From a virus (Duplodnaviria; Caudoviricetes): a DNA stretch of 24,862 nucleotides. Both the position numbers and the translations under genes were made by a program. The DNA lies in IMG/VR virus record IMGVR_UViG_3300020460_000051, positions 1-24,862 of that record; one strand, 5' to 3'. The notes under the pieces are model-generated. The model was not told the DNA's origin. It saw only the letters and a list, made by a program, of their open reading frames with translations, and did not search any database. Shown in pieces: positions 15,745 to 23,164 of the stretch. The stretch's first letter is position 1. Every line of letters starts with the position of its first letter.

Positions 15745-16770
15745 ATGATTTCGTCATTTAAGGACTATCTAGTCGAAGAAGAGAAAACTGTTTTCTTCAC
15801 CTGGGGTAGGATGAATCCACCTACCATCGGTCATGGTAAGCTATTAGATAAATTATCCCAGAAATCAGGTTCTAATCCATATAGAATCTATGTTACACAA
15901 TCTAACGATCCAAAAAGCAATCCACTAAAATATTCCAATAAAATTAAAGTGTTGAGGAAGATGTTTCCTAAACACGCAAGATCTATTATATTAGATCGAA
16001 AAATTAAGACTGTATTCCATGCACTTACAAATCTCTATAATGAAGGATTTAAAAGAGTTGCTATGGTAGTTGGTTCCGATAGAGTTCGAAGTTTCGATAC
16101 TTTACTGAGAAAGTATAACGGAAAGAAATCAACACATGGATTATATAATTTCGAAAGAATTAGTGTTCTATCTGCAGGAGAAAGAGATCCTGATGCTGAA
16201 GGTGTTACTGGAATATCAGCATCCAAGATGAGATACTACGCATCTAAGAGTGACTTTACTTCTTTCTCACAGGGACTACCTAAGAATGTTTCGAATGCAG
16301 ATTCTAAGAGTCTATATAATATGGTAAGAAGAGGTATGGGTCTAAAAGAAGAGAAATTCTTCAAGAGACATCTTCAACTCGAGTCTGTTTCACAGAACAG
16401 AGAAAGTTATATCAGAGGAGACTTATATAAAGTAGATGATGAAGTCGTGATTAAGTCAACAGGGGAAATCGGTAAAATTACATTATGTGGTTCAAATTAC
16501 GTAATAGTGGAGGTTAACGAAATGAAATTTCGAAAATGGTTAGAAGATATTGAAAAGATAGACGAGGATCCTTCTTATTACGGAGGAACATCAGGATACA
16601 AAGTAGGTAAACCAAGAATTCGAAGGATGAGTTCTTTAGAAAGAACTAAGAGAAGAACAACTCCTTTGAGAAAAAATAGATTAGACAAATTAAAATCAGT
16701 AGGAACAAAACTAACAAGAACAGTTAAACCAAGAAGGAGAAGTAACGATGTTGAAGTTCAAAAACTTTAG
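15745..16770 (+). CDS. Cytidyltransferase-like (HIGH/HUP nucleotidyltransferase) with CTS-like leader
   Basis: FTWGRMNPPTIGH (T/HxGH), VVGSDR, SAGERDPD, ISASKMR (KMSKS-like); leader MISSFKDYLVEE. Confidence 0.85.
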   Translation: MISSFKDYLVEEEKTVFFTWGRMNPPTIGHGKLLDKLSQKSGSNPYRIYVTQSNDPKSNPLKYSNKIKVLRKMFPKHARSIILDRKIKTVFHALTNLYNEGFKRVAMVVGSDRVRSFDTLLRKYNGKKSTHGLYNFERISVLSAGERDPDAEGVTGISASKMRYYASKSDFTSFSQGLPKNVSNADSKSLYNMVRRGMGLKEEKFFKRHLQLESVSQNRESYIRGDLYKVDDEVVIKSTGEIGKITLCGSNYVIVEVNEMKFRKWLEDIEKIDEDPSYYGGTSGYKVGKPRIRRMSSLERTKRRTTPLRKNRLDKLKSVGTKLTRTVKPRRRSNDVEVQKL

Positions 16771-18754
16771 GGGTAAAATTCAGGAGGCTTCTCTTAAATT
16801 TATTATTCCCGAAGATATTCCAGTTAAAGAGAGAAATGCTTTTATGGGAGCGGCAGCTGCGGCACATAAAGCAGGTAAATCACATTTTGATTTCGGCGGT
16901 AAGAAACATAAGGTAACAATGCAGGGTTCAACCGCAAGATCGATCAACAGCGGTGTCACAGAGGGTTACATGCCAAGTCACGGCGATGAGATGAAGAAGA
17001 AGATGATGACGACTTCCGATAAAGATAAGTTGGTGAAGATCAAGAAGATGCTCGATAGGGAAAAGAAACCTGTCAAGAAAGAGGCAAAGCATAATAATAG
17101 GAAAAAGGAAGAAAAGCCAGATATTAAGATGAACCCTAAACAAGATGAAGTTGATGAAGCTAAAGTAGCTACACCTCAAACTAGAGGAATGGCAGGATCT
17201 CGAGGAATAATGAGAAAGAAGACAGGACCTAGAGGAGCGAATAAACAGAAAAAAGTTTATGAACCTACTCGAGGACAACTAAACAATATTCGACGTAGAG
17301 GTGAAGGTCAACCGTCGACTACTAAATTTATGGATCAGGTTAGATCAATAGCACCATCTGTATACAATCATCCTAAAGTACAAGATATATTTAGAAAGCA
17401 TGCAGAAACAAATGAAGCTAAATCTGATCTTGATAAGAGAGCAGCCAAACTTATGAACACAGGATACCCTTATGGTCCAAAAATAACTGTCTTAAAGAAA
17501 GGCGATCCTAGAATAAAGGCGATTAAAACTGTACAAGATAGAAAGAAAAAGGCATTCAGTGATTTAGCTAAAAAGGAAACTCAAGATGAATCTAAACTAA
17601 ATGAACTATCTCCAAAGACGCTATCCAACTATGCACGAGGTGCAGCTATGGATATGGGTACAAAGAACTATGTTAGAGGATTTGAAAAAGGTCAATCTAT
17701 GATGGGTATGAAAAGAAAAGAAGATCCTAAGGATAAGAAAAAAGCTCAGAATAGATTAACAGGTATCATTACAGCTACTGATAAACTCAGAAGAAAAACG
17801 AATGAAGATGTAAAAGCAATAAAGTATGATAGCAAAGGGTCTTCTATGGATTATTTCTTAGGTGCTGACCCAAGGAAAACAAAAGAATATAAAGCATTAA
17901 AACAGAACAAACCTCTTCAAAAGAAATTAGACAAACTCTATGGTCCAAAGAAAAAAGTCAAGGAAGATCAACACGACGATGATGGAGCAAATCATATTGT
18001 GATGCAACTCCGAAAGGCAGTTACACTTAGAGGCATGAGACCTGTAACATTTAAAGACGGTAAAAAGGTCAAGGTAGATCCGAGTCATGCTCAAAAATTT
18101 CTAACTAAGTATAATAAAGCTAAACCTATGGATAAAGAAAAGATGCAGGCAATGGCACACAAGAGTCATGCTCATTTCAAAAAGAGTTTAGATGAAGCAG
18201 TTCCAGCTATAGCAGCAAGAGCCGCTATAGGAGGGGCAAGAGCCATCGGTGGTCTTGCAAAAAAAGCCGCTGGATCCGCAGTAAAGAGAACAGCTTTATC
18301 AATCGCTAAACCTGTGATTGGAGCGGCAATTGCTAAACCTATAGCTAAAATGGCAATGGCAAAATCTTTAGCCAAAAAGAAAGATGAAGATGTTGATGAA
18401 GGTGTACTAGGTGGAATAGCAAAGGCTGCTGGGTATGCATCTGGAGTATTACCCGCATATCATGCAGCAAGACTTGCCGGTAAAGGTGTTGGTAAAATGG
18501 CAAATGCAGCTCTTAGAGTTAAGAAGTCTGATGGAACCAGAGGAGCAATTAGAGGAACTAGAGCTGCTCAGTATCAGAAAGCACAAAGAAAAAAAGATTA
18601 TTATAAAAAGCAAGATAAACTCAATAGAGACCTAGAACAGGAGAGAATAAATAAAAGACAGGCTAAAAGCGATTTTAGACAGTCTAAACCTTCTCTAGGT
18701 CAGAGAATAGGCGGTGTGTTTGCTAGTAAACAACCATCGAATGAAAAGAGATGA
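16748..18754 (+). CDS. Large Lys-rich modular protein, putative internal polyprotein
   Basis: Leader MLKFKNFRGKIQE|A; repeated x-x-E|(A/G/D/L) junctions separate unrelated basic modules; AGGAG upstream. Confidence 0.7.
   Translation: MLKFKNFRGKIQEASLKFIIPEDIPVKERNAFMGAAAAAHKAGKSHFDFGGKKHKVTMQGSTARSINSGVTEGYMPSHGDEMKKKMMTTSDKDKLVKIKKMLDREKKPVKKEAKHNNRKKEEKPDIKMNPKQDEVDEAKVATPQTRGMAGSRGIMRKKTGPRGANKQKKVYEPTRGQLNNIRRRGEGQPSTTKFMDQVRSIAPSVYNHPKVQDIFRKHAETNEAKSDLDKRAAKLMNTGYPYGPKITVLKKGDPRIKAIKTVQDRKKKAFSDLAKKETQDESKLNELSPKTLSNYARGAAMDMGTKNYVRGFEKGQSMMGMKRKEDPKDKKKAQNRLTGIITATDKLRRKTNEDVKAIKYDSKGSSMDYFLGADPRKTKEYKALKQNKPLQKKLDKLYGPKKKVKEDQHDDDGANHIVMQLRKAVTLRGMRPVTFKDGKKVKVDPSHAQKFLTKYNKAKPMDKEKMQAMAHKSHAHFKKSLDEAVPAIAARAAIGGARAIGGLAKKAAGSAVKRTALSIAKPVIGAAIAKPIAKMAMAKSLAKKKDEDVDEGVLGGIAKAAGYASGVLPAYHAARLAGKGVGKMANAALRVKKSDGTRGAIRGTRAAQYQKAQRKKDYYKKQDKLNRDLEQERINKRQAKSDFRQSKPSLGQRIGGVFASKQPSNEKR
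17597..17788 (+). repeat. About 64-aa protein module, copy 1 (ELS...Y...GMKR...TA-KL)
   Basis: Aligns by eye with 20791-20985. Confidence 0.6.
17900..17956 (+). repeat. 57-bp repeat encoding KQNKPLQKKLDKLYGPKKK, copy 1
   Basis: 51/57 nt identical to 20599-20655. Confidence 0.9.
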
Positions 18755-19095
18755 TAAGTTTTTTTGAATTAAGAGAGAAATTAAAGAAGGGCGCGGATGT
18801 AGGAGACTACATCAAGGATTTCCGGAAATCTAAGGCACCTCAATTTAAAGGAAAATCTGATAAGAAGATACAGAAGATGGCTGTAGCTGCTTATTATGCA
18901 AATCAAGAAAATTACAAGTATGACTATGGTTCTCCGGAATCTATAGAGCTGATGAAGAAGATAACTCCAGGGCAGGGCTCAGTAAAAGTAATGTCCGGCA
19001 AAGCTAGGAATTCTAGAAAGAAATTATTTAAGACGACTTCTAATGAAGATCAATTTATTAATATGAAAACATTTAAAGCAAAGAATAGAGGATAG
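18751..19095 (+). CDS. Putative internal head protein (two short modules)
   Basis: Leader MISFFELRE|K; DYIKDFRKSKAPQFKGKS module; NQE|N then YGSPES...TPGQ module. Confidence 0.6.
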   Translation: MISFFELREKLKKGADVGDYIKDFRKSKAPQFKGKSDKKIQKMAVAAYYANQENYKYDYGSPESIELMKKITPGQGSVKVMSGKARNSRKKLFKTTSNEDQFINMKTFKAKNRG

Positions 19096-19096
19096 A

Positions 19097-19381
19097 ATGA
19101 AAGATAAAACGCTACAAGCAACAGTAGATGCTGTTAAGTTCTTCATGGAAAAGAAGGATGACGAAGAAATTCAAGAAGGCACTGAGCATAAGGGAACAAA
19201 GTATGTTCGAATAAACACTTTTGCATCGAGCCTAGGACAAGGAATACAGTTGACTCAGGATAAAAGGTTACCTGGAGATAAAAGAACAGGTGCTATGATG
19301 GGGGCATACGTGCAATTTCCTAAAAAAGATATTCCGTTAATGATCAAAAAATTACAGGCTGTTCTAAAAGAAAGAAATTAA
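19097..19381 (+). CDS. Hypothetical protein
   Basis: GAGGA RBS; acidic stretch ending IQE|G. Confidence 0.65.
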   Translation: MKDKTLQATVDAVKFFMEKKDDEEIQEGTEHKGTKYVRINTFASSLGQGIQLTQDKRLPGDKRTGAMMGAYVQFPKKDIPLMIKKLQAVLKERN

Positions 19382-19392
19382 TAGGTAACTTT

Positions 19393-19548
19393 ATGTTAGA
19401 TAAAATTAAAAAGTTAGAAAATATAGAAGGATTAGGATTAATAATCTTTTGTGGTATCGTAATAATGCTAGGACCGATCGCTAAGATATTAGCATGGTTA
19501 GGACTTGCATACGGTGCTTGGAAACTATGGCAGGGCTTTAAAAGCTAA
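19393..19548 (+). CDS. Small membrane protein, about 2 TM (51 aa; not in ORF track)
   Basis: MLDKIKKLENIEGLGLIIFCGIVIMLGPIAKILAWLGLAYGAWKLWQGFKS*; TAATG coupling. Confidence 0.65.
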   Translation: MLDKIKKLENIEGLGLIIFCGIVIMLGPIAKILAWLGLAYGAWKLWQGFKS

Positions 19549-19802
19549 TGTCATATCTCTGGATATACACGAGCATAGCTGGTGCACTACTTGGAGCAGC
19601 ATGCTTGGCATATATCAGAGAAACTAAAATAGGTCTTTGGGGCTATGCACAGTTTGATAAGTTTGTAGATTGGCTCAGAGATAAATATGGATTAACATGG
19701 TTTGATCAACCGGAAGATGCTTGGAAGAAGGTGAGTCCAAAAATCGCGAAGAAGATCGAAGAATTAGAGAATAGAATAAAGATTCTAGAGGAAAATAAAT
19801 GA
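19548..19802 (+). CDS. Membrane-anchored protein with C-terminal coiled coil
   Basis: N-terminal TM; KIEELENRIKILE heptads. Confidence 0.65.
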   Translation: MSYLWIYTSIAGALLGAACLAYIRETKIGLWGYAQFDKFVDWLRDKYGLTWFDQPEDAWKKVSPKIAKKIEELENRIKILEENK

Positions 19803-19936
19803 CGACAAAGTGCAGGAAATGCAATCATGATAAGCACTGTGAAAAAGAGTGTCAAGAATGTCCAAATGACATATGTACCGGCTGCAGCTGTGAAACATGT
19901 GATCCAAAAGGACTTTATTCTCCTAAAGAGGTTTAG
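19799..19936 (+). CDS. Cys-rich metallothionein-like peptide (45 aa; not in ORF track)
   Basis: GAGGA RBS and ATGA overlap; MTTKCRKCNHDKHCEKECQECPNDICTGCSCETCDPKGLYSPKEV* (9 Cys, 2 His). Confidence 0.65.
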   Translation: MTTKCRKCNHDKHCEKECQECPNDICTGCSCETCDPKGLYSPKEV

Positions 19937-19938
19937 TT

Positions 19939-20214
19939 ATGGCAGATATTGATGATAGGCTAGTAAGGATTGAAGATAAAGTCGATAAGTTATCTGAAGC
20001 TATGATATCACTTGCTAGAACCGAAGAGAAACTCGGAGCTTTACAGCAGGACCATAGCAATCAGCATGAGAGATTGAATAGGTTTTCTGAGAAATTAGAT
20101 GATATCGAAAGAACTGTCAACGATAATTCCCGGACCGTTCAGTTCATAAATAAATTGTTCTGGGTACTAATAGTTGCAATAGTTGGTGCTATTTCAGCTC
20201 AATATTGGATGTAA
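19939..20214 (+). CDS. Coiled-coil protein with C-terminal TM (XhlA/holin-like architecture)
   Basis: RLVRIEDKVDKL heptads; C-terminal LFWVLIVAIVGAISA. Confidence 0.6.
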   Translation: MADIDDRLVRIEDKVDKLSEAMISLARTEEKLGALQQDHSNQHERLNRFSEKLDDIERTVNDNSRTVQFINKLFWVLIVAIVGAISAQYWM

Positions 20215-20226
20215 AGGAGAAATTAC

Positions 20227-21048
20227 ATGTATAACAAATCATTAGATACAGCCAGTATCGAAAGCATGAGGAAAGCACTGGCTGAAGTAGAAGTAAACGA
20301 GTCCGACAGGGCTAAACACTATAAAGGTGCTACACCGCCTGAAGATATGAAGAACAATCGAAAAGGTAAAGGTGCACAGGATATGATGAAACCTGCAGAT
20401 GATGCTGTAGCAAATCCTGCAGCAGATGAACAGGATATAGTCAATAAAGATGCTGCTACAATGACAGCGAATGTTAAGATAGCAAAGAAAAGGCGTAATG
20501 ATAAAGACGTAGGTGACAAGGATATCGTAGAACCCGGTACACCTATGAAAGATCCTGCAGTCGTTAAACCTGCAGTTAAAGAAGATGTAGCAGCAGTAAA
20601 ACAAAATAAGCCTCTTCAAAAGAAATTAGATAAACTTTATGGACCAAAGAAAAAAAAGAAAGCTAACGAGGATATCGAAATGACAGATATTAAACCTCGA
20701 TGGATATTAGATGCATACAAAGAAATGTATGAAGATGTACAAATGTCAGAAAAGTCTTCAGTTAATTATAAGGACGTAGACGGAAAAACTGTTACTGAGA
20801 TTTCAAAAGATCTAACTAAAGCTTATATAAAAGGTAGATCAAGAGATATGTTCTTCACAGGAAAAAAGGCTGGAGAAGAAGATATAAAATCTACGATTGG
20901 AATGAAAAGGCCAAGTTATAAGAAAAGTCCTGAAAGAAAAGCTATGAAGATGATGAAAGGAATGGATACGGCTGTCAACAAACTAACAGGTAAAGCTAAA
21001 GTTCCTGCTCAAGGTAAGACAGGCAGAAATGTGAGAGATCAGTACTAA
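20227..21048 (+). CDS. Modular hypothetical late protein (putative processed internal protein)
   Basis: AAGGAG RBS; junctions VNE|S, VKE|D, ANE|D, VTE|I; shares two modules with 16748-18754. Confidence 0.7.
   Translation: MYNKSLDTASIESMRKALAEVEVNESDRAKHYKGATPPEDMKNNRKGKGAQDMMKPADDAVANPAADEQDIVNKDAATMTANVKIAKKRRNDKDVGDKDIVEPGTPMKDPAVVKPAVKEDVAAVKQNKPLQKKLDKLYGPKKKKKANEDIEMTDIKPRWILDAYKEMYEDVQMSEKSSVNYKDVDGKTVTEISKDLTKAYIKGRSRDMFFTGKKAGEEDIKSTIGMKRPSYKKSPERKAMKMMKGMDTAVNKLTGKAKVPAQGKTGRNVRDQY
20599..20655 (+). repeat. 57-bp repeat, copy 2
   Basis: Encodes the same 19 aa as 17900-17956. Confidence 0.9.
20791..20985 (+). repeat. About 64-aa protein module, copy 2
   Basis: VTEISKDLTKAYIKGRSRDM...GMKR...KA...GMDTAVNKL. 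Confidence 0.6.
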
Positions 21049-21326
21049 TGATTAAGCCACCAGATTGGGCTACAGAAGCTCAGCCTACTATGGAAGGTTG
21101 GATTAACAGGGAAACTGGAGAACTCCTAGTAAGAGCTCCAGCTCCTGCTAACGTCTTTACTCAACAACAAATTGATGAGTATGAGGAACAATGGATTAGT
21201 AAGAAACAGGCTGAGGCACAAAGGGCTACTGAAATTAGAATGAAAGAGGCAGAGGAAGCTCAAAAAGTTTCTATGATTAAGCCGAAGAAACCAAAAAAGA
21301 AATCGGTTAAACGAAAGAATAAATAG
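21048..21326 (+). CDS. Hypothetical protein
   Basis: TAATG coupling; PP-WA...PT--GW----TGELLV N-terminus and basic tail. Confidence 0.7.
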   Translation: MIKPPDWATEAQPTMEGWINRETGELLVRAPAPANVFTQQQIDEYEEQWISKKQAEAQRATEIRMKEAEEAQKVSMIKPKKPKKKSVKRKNK

Positions 21327-21355
21327 ATTATAATTATTATAATCTAGAGTTCATT

Positions 21356-21718
21356 ATGAAATTTACGTTAACTGAAGATACATTTTTAATGTACGCTGCG
21401 AAAAATTATTATAATCCTCAATTTAGTGACATTGAAGATTTCTATGAAGATTTAAAAAGATTTAAATACATTAAAAGACTTTTAAATCGGTATATTGAAA
21501 ATGATAATTTAGCAGAAAGATTGATACTTAATCATTTAATAACAGTTTTCAATTCCTTCGGAATAGAAGCTTCTTTGAATATCTTGGAATTAAGATTAGA
21601 GGATAAACATTGGCCGGTCATTAAACCGTTTCTGATCTTCTTAAATTATATTAAAAATGATCAATACACAAACATTGCTATGGATAAACTGGTAATAGAA
21701 AAATTGAGGAAGATATAG
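21356..21718 (+). CDS. Conserved T4-like phage hypothetical protein
   Basis: YA-KNY-NP...EDF-EDLKRFKYIKRL...ERLILNH, recalled from T4-like genomes; function unknown. Confidence 0.7.
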   Translation: MKFTLTEDTFLMYAAKNYYNPQFSDIEDFYEDLKRFKYIKRLLNRYIENDNLAERLILNHLITVFNSFGIEASLNILELRLEDKHWPVIKPFLIFLNYIKNDQYTNIAMDKLVIEKLRKI

Positions 21719-22303
21719 ATGTCAATAATAACTAGAACAGCAGATCTATTCTATACATTTAGATTCTTAAAAATATTGACTACTCCTTTCGAAAAGACTG
21801 ACGCTTATAAGTTAGGCATTATCGACGATAAAGGAAAAAGAGATAAAAAGGTCTTAATAGATAACGACAAAAGAAAAAAAGCGTATACGGCTTTTCACCG
21901 TTTAGTTTTCAATGTCAAGAGATTAATGACAGCTGTTGGAGCCGGCGGTAAGATTGCTTCTTATACTGCAGCACTATTCTTATTAAAAGAAAAATTAAAT
22001 CTATCTGATAAACAAATCGAAAAAGTACTGCAAAAGAATAACATAGATCCTTTAGATATTCTAAAAGAGTCAACTGAATGGTTCTTATTAGAAGATAATT
22101 CTATTTCTCCAGGGATTTATAGAGTTAAGAGCAGTAAGATGTTGAATAGATCTTTTGAGGAAGTAGTGCAGGCAAATGATAAAGTTAAAGTTCATGAGGA
22201 ATGTTTCCCTGTTGGTAATATATTAGGCATTGATGTGTATAGAGCTATACATGTTCCTACAAATCAAGAGATATATGTTACACCAACTGAATTAAAAAGG
22301 TAA
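21719..22303 (+). CDS. Conserved T4-like phage hypothetical protein
   Basis: FRFLK-LTTPF--TDAYKLGIID-KG...AYT-FHRLVFN-KRL, recalled from T4-like genomes; function unknown. Confidence 0.7.
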   Translation: MSIITRTADLFYTFRFLKILTTPFEKTDAYKLGIIDDKGKRDKKVLIDNDKRKKAYTAFHRLVFNVKRLMTAVGAGGKIASYTAALFLLKEKLNLSDKQIEKVLQKNNIDPLDILKESTEWFLLEDNSISPGIYRVKSSKMLNRSFEEVVQANDKVKVHEECFPVGNILGIDVYRAIHVPTNQEIYVTPTELKR

Positions 22304-22308
22304 TCATT

Positions 22309-22316
22309 TATAAATA
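22309..22316 (+). promoter_or_regulatory. T4 late promoter
   Basis: Exact intergenic TATAAATA, 17 nt before the 22334 ATG. Confidence 0.85.
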
Positions 22317-22333
22317 GAGTCAAAGGTTTACTT

Positions 22334-23164
22334 ATGAAAAATACTAGAAAAAAAGGTGTCGGAGATAATATATGGGATCGTATACGATCTCGTAGAAAGC
22401 AGGGTTTACCACGTCTTAAACCTGGCCAGAAAGGTTACCCGAAAACTCTGGATTTTTCAGAAGACGGACCTTGTTGGGATACACATAAACAAGTTGGTAT
22501 GAAGAAGAAAAACGGTAAGCTTGTGCCAAACTGTGTTCCAAAAAATGAATCTACTTATTTAAGGAAATCTAAAAAACTGCCTAACCTTAAAGTCCCAGTA
22601 AAAAGAAAGGCCGGCAACTATACTCTGGCAGATAGGATCAGAGGAGAAAAGCCTAAGAAGTTAGCTACAAAAATTGATAGGGAAGTAATAAAAGATGATA
22701 TGCCAGCGAATGCTGCCGGACACGGTGGAGTCGCAGGTATAGGTGTAGGACCAGACGGAGAACCAGGAGTACATATGACAAGAATGACGGATAAAAGAAG
22801 AAGAAAAGACAAACCGCCAGTTCTATTAAAAAGATTTAGAACCTATGAAAGCACTGAATGTCAAGACTGTTCATTTGATCACGTAATAATGGAAGCCGAA
22901 TATCAAGGTAAGAAGGTAAAGTTAAATGATCCAATAAGGACATCAGAAAATCCAAATAAGAAATTTAAAGTATATACAAGAGGACCTAACGGCAATATCG
23001 TCGTAGTAAGATTCGGTGATCCTAACATGTCAATTAAGAGAGATAATCCTGAAAGAAGAAAGAGTTTCAGAGCAAGACATAACTGTGATAACCCAGGTCC
23101 CAAGTATAAAGCAAGATACTGGTCATGTTATCAGTGGAGAGCTGGATCTAAAGTAGATAACTAA
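22334..23164 (+). CDS. Modular late protein with C-terminal DUF6321-like domain
   Basis: Modules separated by FSE|D, KNE|S, TYE|S, IME|A; CW...GMK-K-GK-VPNCVP motif; C-terminal KKFKVY...FGDPNM...RRKSFRARHNC...ARYWSC. Confidence 0.7.
   Translation: MKNTRKKGVGDNIWDRIRSRRKQGLPRLKPGQKGYPKTLDFSEDGPCWDTHKQVGMKKKNGKLVPNCVPKNESTYLRKSKKLPNLKVPVKRKAGNYTLADRIRGEKPKKLATKIDREVIKDDMPANAAGHGGVAGIGVGPDGEPGVHMTRMTDKRRRKDKPPVLLKRFRTYESTECQDCSFDHVIMEAEYQGKKVKLNDPIRTSENPNKKFKVYTRGPNGNIVVVRFGDPNMSIKRDNPERRKSFRARHNCDNPGPKYKARYWSCYQWRAGSKVDN

Noticed and set aside
1730-18635. Alternative-frame + strand ORFs 1730-2098, 3699-3923, 14835-15086 and 18435-18635
   Set aside because: Each is fully nested in a longer gene with clear motifs and has no independent support.
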